A stretch of DNA of 64,000 nucleotides from Candidatus Omnitrophota bacterium (GTDB lineage: Bacteria; Omnitrophota; Gorgyraeia; Gygaellales; Profunditerraquicolaceae). Numbering within the stretch: the first letter of the stretch is position 1; each line of letters begins with the position of its first letter. A program made the translations under genes and the position numbers. The notes beneath the pieces were generated by a model that searched no databases, was not told where the DNA came from, and worked only from the letters and a program-made list of their open reading frames with translations. Below are positions 63,080-64,000 of the stretch, in pieces. The DNA lies in the NCBI GenBank assembly GCA_011620275.1, contig WOZK01000017.1:3237-67236 (forward strand). The letters are read 5' to 3'.

Positions 63080-63229
63080 ATGGCAGAAAAGGGATACTGT
63101 GTGAAGTGCAAGGCCAGCAAGGATATGAAGGAAGAGCAGAAAGTGACCATGAAGAACGGTCGTTCTGCCGTCAAAGGCAAATGCCCGGACTGCGGTACCG
63201 GTATGTATAAAATACTGGGAAAGAAATAA
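63080..63229 (+). CDS. Small basic zinc-ribbon protein, DUF5679-like (49 aa; not in ORF track)
   Basis: MAEKGYCVKCKASKDMKEEQKVTMKNGRSAVKGKCPDCGTGMYKILGKK; two CxxC pairs; own promoter and SD. Confidence 0.85.
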   Translation: MAEKGYCVKCKASKDMKEEQKVTMKNGRSAVKGKCPDCGTGMYKILGKK

Positions 63230-63253
63230 CTCCCCGGGGAGGCGGGTTTCGAC

Positions 63254-63622
63254 ATCGACAACAGGGCTCTATCTCTAAGAATAGTCGGCATCGCCAGGGA
63301 TAAGAAAGCGCAGCGCCCGGTGATCCTGGATATGCGCGCCGTCTGCGGGTTCTGCGATTACTTCGTAATAATGAACGGCACTTCCAATACCCACGTAAGG
63401 GCTGTAGCGGAGGCTGTGAGGGAAGAATTGCGGAAAGAAAAGATCAAACCTCTTTCCGATATTCCTTCGCAGGATGAATCCGGGTGGATAGTGTTGGATT
63501 ATTCCGGCGTGGTTGTGCACGTTTTCAACAAGCCGGTGAGGGAGTTTTATGCCCTGGAACGCCTTTGGGCGGACGCCAAGAGAGTAAGGGTGCCGGCGGC
63601 GAAGAGAGCGGCCGCGGCCTGA
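63254..63622 (+). CDS. rsfS: Ribosome silencing factor RsfS (Iojap); probable ATC start
   Basis: DKKA...VILD, CDYFVI..GTS..HV.A, WIVLDYSGVVVHVF, REFYALERLWAD; homology extends upstream of GTG 63320 to ATC 63254. Confidence 0.9.
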   Translation: MDNRALSLRIVGIARDKKAQRPVILDMRAVCGFCDYFVIMNGTSNTHVRAVAEAVREELRKEKIKPLSDIPSQDESGWIVLDYSGVVVHVFNKPVREFYALERLWADAKRVRVPAAKRAAAA

Positions 63623-63663
63623 TCACGGACGGGCTTCAGAGTCCGCCGATATCTTCACAATTA

Positions 63664-63701
63664 CCGGCCAGCGGGTGTTCGTACCGCTGGCCGGCTTATT
63701 T
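63664..63701 (+). terminator. Strong hairpin, probable terminator after rsfS
   Basis: CCGGCCAGCGG/CCGCTGGCCGG 11-bp stem, extendable to a TTCG loop, followed by CTTATTT. Confidence 0.5.
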
Positions 63702-63775
63702 GGATATCGTGCAAAGGTATGGTCGCGTTATACAGCCTGTTCCCGGTTCTGTGCGCGATACAATTTGATTAAAAG

Positions 63776-64000
63776 ATGAACAAAAACGTTGATATAAAAG
63801 AAGTACTCGAAGAACTACTGAAGGAAGAGATCGTTTCGCTCGATCCCGGGTTGAACGCGGTAGCGATAATCTTCGAACTGCCCAGGGAAGGGCGTTTCGG
63901 CGACTTGGCCGTTAACACCGCTATGCAGTTGTGTAAAAAGCTGCGCAAGCCGCCGATGCAGATAGCAGGCGCTCTGGCGGAGGGTTTGAAACGGCGCATA
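63776..64000 (+). CDS. argS: Arginyl-tRNA synthetase N-terminal domain, 3'-truncated by window edge
   Basis: MNKNVDIKEVLEELLK...FELPREGRFGDLAVNTAMQLCKKLRKPPMQIA matches the ArgRS N-domain pattern. Confidence 0.8.
   Translation, partial: MNKNVDIKEVLEELLKEEIVSLDPGLNAVAIIFELPREGRFGDLAVNTAMQLCKKLRKPPMQIAGALAEGLKRRI

Noticed and set aside
63623-63775. T-box leader before argS
   Set aside because: No T-box consensus or specifier stem seen; only a terminator-like hairpin.

Overview
A 64-kb, moderately GC-rich chromosomal window of about 66 tightly packed genes, all on the + strand. Nearly all are housekeeping genes: Kdo/LPS and Lpt, tig-clpP, serine synthesis, purA, glycogen (DUF4912/GH57, glgA), uppS-cdsA-dxr-rseP-ispG-proS-rimP-nusA-infB, queuosine genes, trmD-rplS-rnhB, polA-coaE-rho-rpmE-prfA-prmC-murA, trp genes, rsfS and the start of argS. 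The host is a diderm anaerobe. Gene content and order are suggestive of Ca. Omnitrophota, but that is inference only. I saw no rRNA, tRNA, CRISPR array, prophage or transposase. The points most worth following up are: (1) a Wood-Ljungdahl locus with an intact-looking acetyl-CoA synthase but no CODH, CFeSP, AcsE or MetV, and with motif-eroded neighbours; (2) a ~180-bp AT-rich MITE-like element with 12-bp inverted repeats and 9-bp flanking direct repeats; (3) a ~46-67-nt motif repeated in front of two unrelated genes; (4) a secreted pseudo-phosphatase/CxC/thioredoxin-like fusion protein; (5) an unannotated DUF5679-like zinc mini-protein in frame with an rsfS that appears to start at ATC; (6) several domain-deleted core proteins and many operons missing their usual partner genes. 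All calls come from reading motifs by eye; no database searches were run.
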